NCBI GenBank assembly: GCA_003971905.1
Contig: RSEE01000020.1
Coordinates: 496,001 to 560,000 of the forward strand
Direction of reading: 5' to 3'
DNA: 64,000 bases
From: Moniliella sp. 'wahieum'
Taxonomy: Eukaryota
The notes below the pieces were generated by a model. The model ran no database searches. It was not told where the DNA came from and was given only the letters and a program-made list of their open reading frames with translations. The position numbers and the translations under genes are program-made. This document shows, one piece after another, positions 1 to 13,176 of this stretch; the first letter of the stretch is position 1, and each line of letters starts with the position of its first letter.

Positions 1-1755
1 TGCGTCCGGCGGCGGCAGAGCGGGAAGAAGGGATAGCGGCGGCGGATGGAACGCGGGCCAACCACGGGGGGAATCAACGTCCCACGTCGTCGGCACGCCC
101 TCGGATGGGTCAAACGCTGCTTGGCCACAACTCGATTTCCACATCAACGGCGCCACATGGCCCACTCCATCCACCAGACAGAAGCGGTGGCGGAAAGGAC
201 GCACCCCGCTGGCACGGTCTTGGCCTTGGGTGGCAGCTGAAACGAGGTAGCCGTTGGACATGCGGGCCGCGGAGGATCCCGACCCCGACCCCGAGTTTAG
301 GGTCGACGGTAACGTGGTCGTGCCGGGCAGGACGGCATCGTCGAACGCTGCGCTGGGCGGCACATCGATCCGTAGGCTAGAGTAAAAGGGGAGTGTGGTC
401 ACGTTGCTTGGTGATCCGGCGAGAAGGTTCTTGTACGTCCACCAGGCGTAGTTGCGATCCCTCCTATCGTCCCCGCCTTGCGCCTCTACCTCGCACGTAT
501 AATCCCCAATGGGGAATTGAGCGCGTGTATCTTGGTTTCCTTGCAGTTGCACCACGTCCCGCTCAATGTATTGTCTGTTGAATGCAAGTGGTGCGTCAGT
601 ACTCAGCACTCAATCCTCAATCTCGGTACTCGGTACTCAGTGGGGCTCGCCAGCACTGATCCAACAAGAGCATACGCACTGAAATAACTCGGGCACCGGA
701 AGCGTCAGACGCTGGGCAGCGTACCGGTTTGGCATGGCCAATCCGTACATCCACTGATTTTGATGCGGGCAGGCCAGGTCACTGGTCCGGTTGGGACGGG
801 CGGCGCTAAAGTAGGGGAAGCTGGGACTGTTGGCATGCACATAGCGTACCGTCACATTAGCGTGTCCGGCGGGTGCAACAGGTGGATTGGCAGCCAAGAG
901 GGCGTATCGTGCGACCAAGGCTCCGCCGCCCGAGTGCCCAGCAACGATAATGTGGCGCAGGTTGGGATGAGCGTCGTGTTGGCCAAGAGGGATACCAGGC
1001 CATCGTGTACGTCATACGTACTACACTGTTTTCCCACCGCTACCATCTCGGACGAAGCTTGGGAAGACGTGGGCGCAACCGCATCGGCCCCGCCAACCAA
1101 TCAGTAAAGTTGTTCCATGCCAACGTCTCCGAGACATTGTACCAGTTGGAGTACGTGTGCCGCTGGCCGTTCCGCCCGCGGCACATCGCTAGGCAAGTAA
1201 AAGTTGGGCGCGACCAGCACGGTAGAACTCAGATTGAGCATGGGCGCAATCCCAGCAAACGCTCCTTGAAAGTTGCGTCCGATCCCATGCTGAATCACCA
1301 CGCCGAGCGTGGCATTGCTCGTGGCGCCGCTGGCCGGGTCGGCCCACCGGTCCGAATGCATCAGCGGCACCGTCGCACGCGTCTGACCGGGGCATGGCGC
1401 CCAGCGAAGGAACGTGGCTTGCGGAGGGGAGGGGGGAGCTGCAACGGGCCAGTACCAGACCCGTCCTGGTTCCGGTTCCGGTCCCGTAGACCCACCCCAA
1501 GGCCCACGCCTAACCCCACACCGAGACAGATCAGCAGCGCCAGCAGCAAATGATTGCGCGCCGTTTGCCTCGGCGGGAAGGGGTAGCAACACGTACACCC
1601 TCGCCCTCGCTCAAAGGGCGGTGGTAGCCCAGCCCCAACGTAGACCAGGAGGAGGGCGCGCTGGGGCGAAAGGAAGGGGGGAGAAGCTGGTTGCGGGACT
1701 CGTCCTTGCTCGGCGCATCGAGCTCGCCGAACAAGGCGGAGGACGTGCTGGCCAT
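1..1755 (-). CDS. Membrane-anchored alpha/beta-hydrolase-fold protein (3' end runs to or off the window edge; frameshifted)
   Basis: ATG at 1755 (MASTSSALFGEL). TM segment LLLALLICLGVGLGVGLGVGL, then VVIQHGIGRN, VLVAPNF, nucleophile elbow IIVAGHSGGG (925-939), VRYVHANSPSFPY, CEVEAQGG..RRDRN and a C-terminal His motif VDGVGH. GT-AG intron 575-679 with branch point TACTGAC. Several 1-nt frameshifts are needed to join the pieces. Confidence 0.75.
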
Positions 1756-2459
1756 CGGACAAAAGGTCCTGTCGTGCCCGGCTGGGCAAAGCGGCGGGCG
1801 TCGAGGGGGTTGTCAAGGGGGTTGGCGAGGGCGGGGTCAGGGGCGGGGTCGGGCAGGCTGCGGCGCAGGGTACGGGTTTTACGGGCGAGGGTGCGGAGGC
1901 TCAGTCGCCGAGGGAAGAAGCTAGGATGGCTAGGGTTGCGTTGACGTAACGCGCAATTCCAGCTGGGCCAGAGCAGAGGACGCAGGGCGGTGGGAGAGGG
2001 GAGAGGGAGGGGCCGCAGCCGAAACGCGCCTGGAGTTCTCAACGCCACTTCTTCCGGGGCTCTGTGCCCTGTTGTCTGTGCGCTCCGCGGCGAGTCGGTC
2101 TGGCGGAGATCGGGCGACACGACTAGGCAGTCTGAAGGATCGGACGCTTGAAGGGCGATGCAGGTCACGTCCCCGCATGCGGTTTACGACGCTGGCCCAG
2201 ATAACACGTGCCGAGCGACGAGCGACTAATCGACGATGGATGACGTTTTCTGACAGGGTGATAGTCACGCGTAATGCCGAGGCTTGGCAGCCGTCGCCGT
2301 GGCGTGGGTCGCGATGACGTAATGCGTAGAATCCCCCTCGCCCATCCGCCACGTGATTTCATCGATCATCCTCCACTGGCCCAGGTGCACAGGCAGGCAG
2401 CCCGATGCATCCATCGTCTTCCTCCCTCTCACATCCTCCTTCATCCACGGCCTCCTCCT

Positions 2460-2560
2460 CCATCCATCCAAGCATCCATCCATCCATCCATCCAAGCATC
2501 CATCCATCCATCCATCCATCCATCCATCCATCCATCCATCCATCCATCCATCCATCCATC
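2460..2560. repeat. (CCAT)n tetranucleotide microsatellite, ~25 units with two AAG interruptions
   Basis: Directly visible CATCCATC array just upstream of the ligase ATG. Confidence 0.97.
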
Positions 2561-2623
2561 GCCCATCCACCCACCAACCGCCACCTGGGCGTGCACACCT
2601 CTGGCCTCCCACCGCCCGGCGCA

Positions 2624-5600
2624 ATGCACGATCCAGCCACGACGCTGGGCAAGCGTAAACGGCCCCCTCGCCCTCGCCAGTCCCAGCGTTCACTCCATCC
2701 CACCGCCACTGTACCCCCCAATCCACGGACCGGGATCTTGCGGCCCAACTCTCCGACTCGGACGCTACCGTCCCCGAGTTTTCCGACTCGGACCACCCGC
2801 TTGCTCCGCCCCGCACACCCTGGGCTGCTGCGTTCCCCGTCTCCTCCCCCTCTCCTACCCCGTCTCGTCCGCTGTCTCGTCCGCTGTCTCGTCCCCGAGT
2901 GCGGACGGACCGACGAGGGGCTCCGACTTGATGCAACGCAAGAGTATGAAGGCTCGGATCCCATCCTTCCCGCCTTGGCCGATGCCGGTGCTGTACCTGC
3001 TACGCCGATGGCCAGGCCGGTATCCGTGCCTGTTCCCGTGCCCCCCCTTCCAGGCTCGGACAACCCACATGCGTCGCCTGCCGCCGCGGGGGGTATGGCG
3101 ACGGGGAACCAGATTAGGTCAGTAGGACCTCATCACCACCCCCCACCAGCCTGCCCTATCTGGCCCACCACCATCTTCCCTCGCCCCTACCGCATCTCCC
3201 GTCCCGCCGCGTCGATCGTCACCTGAGTCGCCGCATAGATCGCCTCAGCCCCCCGGCCTCAGCTTGGAACCCCCACGTTACCCGCCAGGAGTGTCACCCC
3301 GACTACTGTTTCCGCCTGCCATGCGGCTGCGCGCCCGATTCCCCAGTCGCGAACCACGAGCCGGCTCGGGCGGCAGGGAATGCGGAGGCAGAAAGGTGGG
3401 CCCAGCTGCGCCGTGGTCGTCCCGTTTATGTCATGCTACTGCACCATCTCTGCTTTGTCCTCGTCCCCCACCTCCCGTGCTGCGAGAGGTAAAGCCAAGC
3501 TGCTTCCTCTTCCTCCCGCTGCGAGGGAAAAACCAAGTTGCTTCCTCCCTTGTCCATCCCTTTCTCCGCCTCCCCGACCCAGCTATCCGGGACAGAGGAG
3601 TGTCGTGCGCGTGCATCCGAGCCAGGGCCAGCTGTGTGCTCCTCCTCCTCACCTTTCCCTTCTCCTTATTCCCCTCATTCTCCTTCTTCCTCTTCCTCTT
3701 CCTCTTCTTCTTCTTCGTCCTCATTTTCGTCTCCTTCTCAGCCTCGCCCATCCGGAACAGGCAACCCACAACCAATCCAACCCCCACCGAACTTTACAGC
3801 CAACCCCACCGCCAAAGACCCAAGAAACGTAGTTGCACCCTCTTCGGCGCCTGCGTCTGCACCTGCGTCTGCGCCTGCATTTGCCCCGGCTCCGTCCCAG
3901 CCATCGGGGTCCCAACTCGCTTCACCCCCCTCTTCCTACCATCTTGTTCCCCACGTAACTCCCTTTACTGAAGAAAGCACCGACCCTGGTCCCGCTCTGA
4001 CCCAGTCAGCTACCGACGCCGACGCAGACGCCGACGCGGACTCCGAGACGGACTCGACCCCGCGTCCGCGTACCCATCTGGCCATTGGAGCGTCTACCTC
4101 AGTCTCTTTATTCCCTGGCGCGCACGCGTACCGCATCACGCACAAGACAGCCCTGACTTGGCTCTGTACCTGTCCGGAATTCAAGTTTGCGCACCACGCC
4201 ACGCCAACGTGGCAACGAACTTGTCGTCACCTATCTCATTTCCTCGGTCCGGCTTACGACAAGTTCCGCCTCAACGCGGCCCGCCACGTTCGTCCGCCTC
4301 CCACACTCGCTCCCCTCTCCCCGCTTCGGAAACGCATCATGTGCGCATCTTGATGCACCATCCTCCTTCTCAGCCGGGGTCACAGCAGGGTTCTCAGCCC
4401 GGTTGCCATCCTCTTCCCGGCTCTTCTTCTCCTAGCCTCCCTCCCCACACCAGTAGTAGCCAACCAGTTGTTTCCCCCTCTTTGTCCCAGTCGATGCACG
4501 TGTCCGTGTCCGTTCCCTCCTCGCTCACTGCTCGTCCCTCTTCCTCTTCCACCCCTACCCCTACCCCTACCCCTACCTCGACCTCTACTTTGGTCTGCCG
4601 GGGGGTTCGGACGCGCGGGACGCCGGTGGGTCAGGCACGGCGCGGCCGAGAGAGCGGAGGGAAGCTTGCTCCCCCCGCGCTCATGTTGGCCAAGATGGTA
4701 CCAGCGAGCTGGACCGAGCAGATGCGTCCCGGAGATTGGTGGATGTCGGAAAAGGTACGTTGTAGCCCCCTGGTTGCGTGGTTTGGTCCTTCTCCTTCTC
4801 GGTCTCGGTCTCGTTGTTTGGCGTCGTGTCGCGTCGTTTCGCGTCTCTCTTTCTTTCTTTCAGAACAAGAGGAGAGGAGAGAGAGGGCACGGAGCGAACG
4901 AAGAACCGAGAACCGATCAATGGAGTATACGAACTGACGAACTGACGATGAAACTGTGGATGGTGGCACCAGTTGGATGGGTTTCGAGCGTATTGGGATG
5001 GCGAGTATTTGATTTCCCGCCAAGGTCATGCCCAGCGTCCCCCGCCCGAGTTTGCCAAGGTACGTACCTGTGTCTGCCGCCGCCGGCAACCCATCGAAGA
5101 AAAAAGGAAGATCTGTCAACATGTTAACGGTCAACATACTCACAGGTCGCACGGACCCTGGAATTTGACTTGCATTGACACGGAGACTGAGTACTGACCC
5201 CCATGCTGCGTAACCACAGAGTTACCGACCGACTTGGCGCTGGATGGGGAGCTGGGGTGGCAGGATACGTTCAATGCGACGTCAGGCAAGATCCGGTCGT
5301 TGCACGCGCGCTGGGACGGGGTGGTGTACATGGTATTTGACTGTTTCCCGCGTTTGCCCGTGGGGCAGGTAGGCTTTCGGTGGAAGCACGGTGGGAGCTC
5401 ATGACGGACCGCTTGGGCCAGCCTTGACGCCGGACGAGGTGGTGTGGGCATTGAATCCCGAAGCACGAGCTACCTCGTCGCAATCGCAATCTAGTGCGCT
5501 GCTCACCTCCTCAAGCACGGAGGGTGGTGCCACTGAAACAGATCCGATGCCAATCCCCCGCCCACCTCGCCTCGTTCGTCGCGGCCGTACTCAAGCGGGG

Positions 5601-6279
5601 GGGAAGGCGCGATGATGCGCAAAGCAGGATCAGATTACGTCCCAGGAAGGTCCAATAGGGTACTGTACAAGGTCAAAGCAGCGTACGATGGCGAAGCTAT
5701 CGTCGTTGGCTACACCCCGCTCCGGCACGGAAGACCAGATGAGGACCCGAACCAGATCGGCGCACTTACCTGCCGCATGGCGTCGGGCGTACAGTTCAAT
5801 GTCGGATCGGTCTCGACGCACAAACCCGCACCCCGCGGTCAATGGCCTCCCATCGGCGCAATCGTCAAGTACCGCTGCTGGGACCTGACTGAAAAGGAGG
5901 GCAAGCCACGACACCCGGTCTACCTGGGCATTGGTGCGTGCTGGATGGGGGGGCGGAGTGCGGAGTGTGGGAGTGGGAGTGTGTGGAGTGCGGAGTGTGG
6001 AGTGCGGAGTGCTGGTACTGGTGCTGACGAGCGAGGGGTGCGGTGTGGACAGATGCAGACAAGACGGTGCCGCAGGATCCGATGTGCAAAGTGTGCGTCT
6101 GCGCCGCCTGCGCACCCAGGCAGCGGAGGGGGCGGATGGCGGATGATGGATGTGGATGCGATGGTGGGCGGAGGCCAGCTGGACTCAGATTCAGATCTGA
6201 AAAGGTCGTACGTAGGCGGAGAATGTGGCGTGGCTGTCGAGGCAGGCAACCGGGGGGCAGCGTGCGGGCAGCCACGTAG
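2624..6279 (+). CDS. ATP-dependent DNA ligase, minimal kinetoplast-ligase/LigE-like type, with SWIM zinc finger (spliced, frameshifted; ends approximate)
   Basis: Ligase motifs in order: [27 protein letters not shown], IIIa YMVFD, IV EGAMMRK, V LYKVK, then OB domain [34 protein letters not shown] motif CTCPEF..RTCRHL at ~4165-4235. Introns 4755-4972, ~5060-5220, ~5494-5541 and 5934-6052. Putative NLS GKRKRP follows the ATG at 2624. Confidence 0.88.
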
Positions 6280-6678
6280 AGGCGGTGGTGACCGGTGATC
6301 GAGATCCATTATCACACTTGGAGTGGGGGGGGGTTAGGGCCATGCCAGTGCTAGTGCGAGTGACGAGTGAGGCTGTGTGGGATGGGCAGCACATATATAA
6401 CGCCACAAGCCGTGTCGGTGTCGGGCGGGCGGCCGGTGGCGCTGGGCGCAGCAGGCAGTCGGCCAGCGTGCTGTGCGGAACAGCCCCTGGCAGGGCTTCT
6501 GTCTTTCTTTGCGTGCCCTCGACGAGCAGGGCAGGCTGACATTTCCAGCGCCAGCCGTCGTGCGTGTCGGTTCTGTCATCTGTCTGTTTGTCTGTTCTTT
6601 CTGCTCTGTCCCGCTGTGTGCGTCCTTCTTGCGTCCCACTTCGCCCCTCTCTCCCTCTCCGCCTCCACCCCCCCCGCC

Positions 6679-9600
6679 ATGCGCCCCTTCCGCACCCCAC
6701 CGACAGCGGATCCGCCTCCCCCCGCCCCCCCCCGCCCCCCTCGCTCCTTCTCCTCTCATCCGGCCACCCATCACCAACACTTCCTTCCCCCCCCCAGCCC
6801 CAGCCCCTCGCCCAGCCCCCCTCCCTCCGAGAGCCTCCTCGTTTCTGCTCACCACAACCGGCACCATCCCGCCTCCGCTGATTGTACGCCCCCCTTCCCC
6901 GTCATTCTTCTTCCTCGCCCTCCTAACTCTTTCCTGCCCCTCCCCCCCCAGGGCGCATCCACCACGGTGGTCGAATCGGGTCCAGGCACCTCCTCGAAGG
7001 GGAAGCGTGCCTCTACGTCTTTGGTGGCCGCCTCAGCGACCGCAGACTAACCAATGCCCTCTACGTGCTCAACCTCACCACTCGCATTTGGTCTTTTCTC
7101 GGCCCCGGACCTGACGCGGCCATCGTCCTCGCCAACCACGAGGCAGACGAGCCCAGCGAGTTGGCCATCGCCATCGATCCTCTCCTTTCCTCTGGTGCCT
7201 GGCCCCAGCCGCGCTACTTCCACGCCGCCAACGTCTGGGACGGCCGTCTGCTCATCTCGGGCGGCATGGCGCTCGGTCCCCGGCCCCAAAGTGAACGCGA
7301 ATCGTCCGAGACCATTACGCTGCGCACCCCACGCGCCAGTGAAACCGACAGTGGTCGATCGGGCACACCACGTCCTTGGCCCACGGCCACCTCGGCCCCA
7401 GCGGCCGATGGACTGGCAACCTTGTCTGAAATCATTGCGTTCGACTTGACCACCCAGACGTGGGACTTGAGCTTTGACCACCCCCCCAGCAGCGATGTGC
7501 ACGCGCCTGTGCCCCCGCCGCGGCCTACGGCGCGCTACGCCCACCTCAGCGCCGTCGTGGGCGACTACCTGTTGGTTGTTGGCGGCCAAGACGCGCAGAA
7601 CGAGTACATTATGCAAGCCAACCTGTTCAGTTTGCGCCAGTCGCGATGGCTGCGCACCGACCCACTCAAGGGTAAGTTCGGATGCTACCGCTCTTTGCTG
7701 GCGCCTGTACCGTGGGCCGTATTCGATGGCCAAGGCCGCGAAATCGTAGTGGGCGGCGGCAGGTCCGAATCCGCCGACGCGATCGGACCTGCCTCATCAA
7801 CGCAATGGCCTTGTTGGCTCCAATCGCGGGACGGGGCGGCACTGCCCTCAACAAGTCGTCGTACCTCGACAGCTAGCGGTGCGCTTTCGCCCTTGAGCTC
7901 TACCACTTTACCTGCCTCTGCCCTTTCTCCCACTGCCGCTGCAGCGTCCGACGTACGCCGGTCTTCGGTCGCGCATGGCCTGCCGCTGCGCCCGGATAGC
8001 TCCTTTGCTTCGGCCGGTACGAGGAGTTTGCAAAAATCGCTCGAAGCTTTGGAACGGTCTCAATCTACCACTCCCACCTTGGGAACCGTGACGCGCGAGC
8101 CGGATTTGAACCTGGGCCTGACTGATCTACGGCGGTTACCGTTCAGTGTCCCATTTGCCCACACGTCCGTATCACCTTCCTCTTCTTCCTTCCCTCCTTC
8201 CTTCCCTTCTTCTTCTTCTTCTTTTTCATCCTCCTCCTCCTCCTCTTCCTCTTCTTCCTTCAACTCCACCTCTTCCACCACCTCCTCAACCTCAACCTCG
8301 TCGCCTGGGAAAAAAGGTTGCCGCCCGTACTGCTCTACTCCAACTCGCGCTTCTCCAACGTGCAGCGCGAGTTGCTCTTGTTCCAATACGAGCAGGATGC
8401 TACCGGGAACCTGTGTCAGTTGACCATTGAAGACCTCGGTGCGCGAATGGTCCAGGGTCGTCGTGGATCCCAACCGGCGTTCCCAAGTGGTGACAGGGAC
8501 AAGGGCAGAGACAGGGACAGGGACAGTTTACCTGTGCCTCCAGGCTTGCGGTTTCCGACCGGGTACGTGGTAGGCGATCACCTACTTGTTTCCGGCACCC
8601 ATTTGGGCAGTACGACACAAACGCATGCGCTGTGGGCACTGCAGTTGAGTCAGCTGCGCTGGACCCGCTTGGACGGCGGCACGTTGCTCAGTACCGGATC
8701 GTGGAACAAAGCCCTCTTGAACCGTCAGGAGAATCGTATGTTGATCTTGGGTTTGCGCTCGCGCGACTTGGCGACCGACTACCAAGCTCGTCGTCAGGTC
8801 AACATGCACCAGCTAGCTGCGTTGGACTTGGAAGCGTGGGGGATCTACCAGCCCCCCCTGGCGCAGGTCGCACCGTGGTCCATCGAGTTGGGCATTGACA
8901 TGATGCTTTCGACCGCCCAAGATGGCAGCACAGCAACAGCCGGCGACAGCATTACCGCTACCGCTACCGCTACCCCCGCTTCGACACCTCGTACTATCCC
9001 AGCTGCTACACCTGGCGCGACGCGCGGTGGATCATTAGGCCCGCCCGTGTGTCCATTTGGGTCTTCGCTCCCCGCCTCCTCGGCCATAGGCGCACAAGGC
9101 GACTTTGAAGTGATCTGCCAAGACGGGACGAGGGTGGGCACGTGGCGTGCGCTATTGGAACGTCGCTGGCCATGGTTTCGGGACGCGATGCGCACCTACC
9201 GCGGTCGAGCACTTCACCTCGTTCGCACCACCGCCGAGGAAGGTCAAGAGGAAGAAGCGATGGTACTGCGACTGGGCAAGTCGGATGTCCGTCTCACCCC
9301 GCGCAGACTCATCTTGCCTGAACCTCCTGATGTAGTGCGTTCGTTGTTGCTCTACTTTTATACTATGACGCTCGCTACCCCCCTCCAGCGCCACCCTCGC
9401 ATCAGCTCCGCTTTGCTCCTCTTGGCTCGCATCTACCACCTGCCCGACTTGGCACGCTGGTGCGCCCACGCTCTGCACCACACACTGGCCAACGACTTGG
9501 CCCCGCTCCCACCCTCGCTCTCCCACTCACCCTCGCCCTCATTCTCCTTCGACCGACCGCTTGCCCCTACTCCAACCCAGTCGTCCCACCCCCTATCCCT

Positions 9601-11240
9601 AGCCTAACCCTCGCGCTTCCCAACCAAACCCGCCTACAGCTGGCACAAGCCATCGTTGACGCTGCGGCCTTAGCCGAGGCCAGGGCGGTACATATCCACG
9701 CATTCCGGACGGTGATCCAGTTGAAAAAAAGTTTGGGCTTGGACCGCTTAGATCCTCGCATTAGCCAACCTGCATCACAGGTTGCCCTGCCAACTAGTAG
9801 TAGCAGCCTACTACCCCACCCCGTTCCTCGGGAAGCACAAACGGTGCGCAGCTCTTTCCTTTTGCCTTAGCTCATGCGCCAGCACCAGCACCGGCATCGG
9901 CACCGGATTCTCACCGCCCAACACGGCCGCTGCGCAGCGCGAGCAGTAGCTTGCTCCGCGGTCGGTGGGGCGGGGGGCAGGCGCGTCCAAGTCCTTGTCC
10001 ACGTCCGTAGCCGAGTCGGAGTCCGAGTCCGTGCCCCCCCTCGCGCCGTCGGGTGTGCCAGCGGCGGTTGGACGAGCTCCCGGCCCAGGCGCCGAGTCCC
10101 ACCCCCAGAACCAGCATCAGCACCAGCAAGAGCACGAGCGCGGTTGGGACCCAGACTTCCCGGGCCCAGGCAGCTCGTACGCCCAAGCCGTGAAGAGCAG
10201 GCTGCCTTCCGACCCGCTTGGCTCGCCCTCCATCTTGGGCACCAGTCCCGGCACGGCGTCAGCGTCAGCGTCGGGGTTGATGCCGGGGCTCATGGGACAG
10301 CTTTCCCCCCGCTCGTCGGTACAGGACTTGGCGATGTACCGCCTGACGGGTGGCGCGCGCGCCCCGTTCCCTCCTCCGGCGGTTGATACGTCTCCTCCCA
10401 CTGGCTCCAGCACCAGCAGCACTAGCACTAGTGCCAGTACGCGCTTGACCGGCTTGGGCGCACGCACCGCGTCTGACCATCCACTGCGCTTGTCCCGCAG
10501 TTCCACGAGCGTACTTACTTCCCCCCCCGTCTATCTCCCACCCCGACCCGTTCGACCCACTCCACCCACTCGACCCGCTCGACCACTTGGTTCCAGCCAC
10601 ACGTTCGCCCCCTCAGCCCTGCCTCGTACGCCTCGGCACCACGTCCCGCCCAGCCCGAGCCAGCGCGAATCTACCTCCTCTCATCGACGCCTACCACCCC
10701 ATCCACACCACGGTCACCACCCATCACCACGACCCAGCCCGGGTCGCCCTTCCCCCCGGGAGAGTCTGGACCGCGCACCGCGGTCCGCCCCGCTGGGTGG
10801 CGTCTCCCCGTTCTGCGCCACGCTTGGCGCGCTTGACGCACGGTCATCCCCATGGCTATGGCTATGCCTTGCCGAGTCCCACGAGCGAAGGGGTGCGGCT
10901 CAAACGGATTGCAAGGCGGATGGAGTTACGTGCAGAAGCCGAGGCGGCGGCCGAAGCGCACGCTCAGCCTGCTCCCGGGGTGGGTGCAGCAGCCGAGGGC
11001 CAAGGGGACCAGGACGGTGACGGAGATGGGAACGGAGATGGGGACAGGGAAGGGGAGGCGGAGGTGGAGGGGAAGACAGCGACGGGTTTGGATGTACCCT
11101 TGTCCTTGTCGCATAGCTTTGTCGACATGCTCGATGATCGCCCGTCGGGTCCGCGACCGCGCTGCAGCGGTTCAACCACCAGCGTCACTGGTAGCACAAG
11201 TTCCCTCTCGTGGGTCTCGACTGCCTCGGGTAGCAGGTGA
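6679..11240 (+). CDS. MDS3: Kelch-repeat + BTB/POZ protein, Mds3/Pmd1 (Ral2-related) family (frameshifted; 3' end uncertain)
   Basis: TTGTIPPPLI|GASTT across intron 6884-6951. Kelch repeats LYVFGG, PRYFHAANVWDGRLLISGG and ARYAHLSAVVGDYLLVVGG. Family block PPGLRFPTG..GSWNK..DYQARR..DLEAWGIYQPP. BTB GDFEVICQDG..LLERRWPWF..LPEPPDVVRSLLLYFYT. The TGA at 11238-11240 overlaps a possible GTGAGT donor. Confidence 0.85.
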
Positions 11241-11403
11241 GTGGGTCGCGTGCGACCCGACGCGCCGCGACGGAACCCGACGGGACGGGGATGGGATGGG
11301 ATGGTCGCTCGCAGGCTGAACTAAGAAACATCCTTCGACTCCCCACCTCGAGTCGATCCTACCCCCCAGGTCCCTTTGGTGAGTGTGGGTAGGGATGATG
11401 GGG

Positions 11404-11447
11404 TTGGCTTGGGCTTGGGCTTGGGCTTGGGCTTGGGCTTGGGCTTG
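11404..11447. repeat. (GGGCTT)n hexanucleotide microsatellite, ~7 units
   Basis: Directly visible downstream of the kelch-BTB gene. Confidence 0.93.
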
Positions 11448-11604
11448 CTCCCCCTCCTCTCCTCTCCCCTCCCGTCCCCTTCTTTCCAGTCATCTCCCTC
11501 CATTTCCTTCCTCCATTCCACTTTTGCTTCATCCTTACTTCCTGTTACTAGTAGTCTCAGGCCTCATCCATCATTCGTGCCTTTTTTCATCCCATCCCGT
11601 GCTA

Positions 11605-11742
11605 CCTCTCATCTCTTCTCATCATTTCTTCTCATCTCGTTGATCACCTCATCTCATTCCATCTTATCTCATGTTTTCCCATCTCATCTCATTTCATCTT
11701 ATCTCATCTTATCTATCCCATCTTATCCCATCTTATCCCTCA
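11605..11742. repeat. Degenerate (ATCTY/ATCCC)n pentamer low-complexity tract
   Basis: Repeated ATCTC/ATCTT/ATCCC units. Confidence 0.75.
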
Positions 11743-13176
11743 TTAATCGTTCCTTCATGCTCTTGCTCAGACATCTTACTATTATTCCTCGTTTGATCTC
11801 GGCCTCTTCGTCTCTTCATCAGCTTCATCCTTACTTGTAAGGGTGCTCGACGCTGATGCACGTGACGCATGGTCGTAGGATGCAGTTCGGTTGGTCCACT
11901 GCATCATCGACATCATGCATCATGCATCATCCCCGCCACCCACACCATCGACCAGCCCATGACGTCATGTGCCAGGGGAGACTGGGGTGCTGAGGGCACT
12001 GAGGCCAACTGAGCCCCAGCGCGTCCTGATGCACCTGATGCCTCAGTCACCTAGTCACCAGTCAACGCCTCGGAACCAGACGGCTCCTGCCACTGAGTTA
12101 CCGCCGAGTGTGACATGTCCGTGACATGGGATGGTGCGCGACGGCGCCGGAGACTTGCCGGAGTCCACGGAGTCCGGACAGGTACGGGTGGCGACAACAG
12201 CAGTCTAGCTTAGGGCCTAGGCGCGCACCCCTGGCTCGGCCCAGGGACCGCCTCCCACATACACGGGCCCCCCAGCGTCTCAGAGTAGTATTACCGAGAG
12301 TACACTGAGTACTGGGACCACCAGCTTGGGTGATCGTCATCCGTCAACCGGTTTAGAGGACAGGGTCCACCATGTGACTTGCCCGCGCATATCACGCGCC
12401 CGCACAGGAGCAGTGTACCGCCTTGCGTCAGTCACCTGGGGGGTGGGCGACGGGCACTTCAATTAGGAAAATAGTTCACTGTGACTGAGTAGTAGGCGTC
12501 CCGCGTACCAGGCGGCAGCCATCCGGCGGAGAGGCAGAAGCGATGGGCTGTGGCCCGTGGTCGATGGAGGAAGGGGAAACCGGAGGGTGGATGGGTGACG
12601 CGCGAACGCGGCACGGGGCTTGAAAGTGGCTTGATTTCCAGGCTGGCCCAGGCGCAGTGTGGATTCAACGACCTGTTTAGCCGGCGCCAGGGTGGGCAGA
12701 CGGTTACTAGTAATGGGCATTTGGACTTTGGCTGTCGGCTGCGAGTTCTGGATCTCAGTGTCTGAGATCCGAGATGGCCACGCCAGGCAAGCGCCTGATC
12801 TAGTGGACGTTGGGGGCTGGTTGGGACCATTTCTAGGTTGCGGTAGGTTGCGGCAGTTGGCCACAGGGTGGTGACATTGACATGTTATGACGCCGTCTGG
12901 CAAATTGGTGTGCTCAGCTGAGCGTTGATAACTGATGCCACCCGCTGTATACCAAAACGTCGCCATGGACGATGGACCCGGCAATCCCCGGCCGGCCTCT
13001 GCCCGGCGGCTGCCACACTGCACAGAGCACATCATGCGTCATCGACGGCAGCCCCCATCACACATCCACCCCCCCCGCCTGCCCGTTCGATCTACGCGCT
13101 GTCCCTGGACGCTTCACGCGGCTATAACCACCCCGCCCCCTCTCTCCCTTCCCTCCCTCCAACCCACCTACCCACA

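Noticed and set aside
2265..3226. Long overlapping ORFs with (HPSI)n/(MDGW)n repeats
   Set aside because: They are translations of the (CCAT)n microsatellite. The real CDS probably starts at 2624.
11404..11447. (GGGCTT)n as an interstitial telomere
   Set aside because: It is not TTAGGG and only ~7 units long, so it is an ordinary microsatellite.
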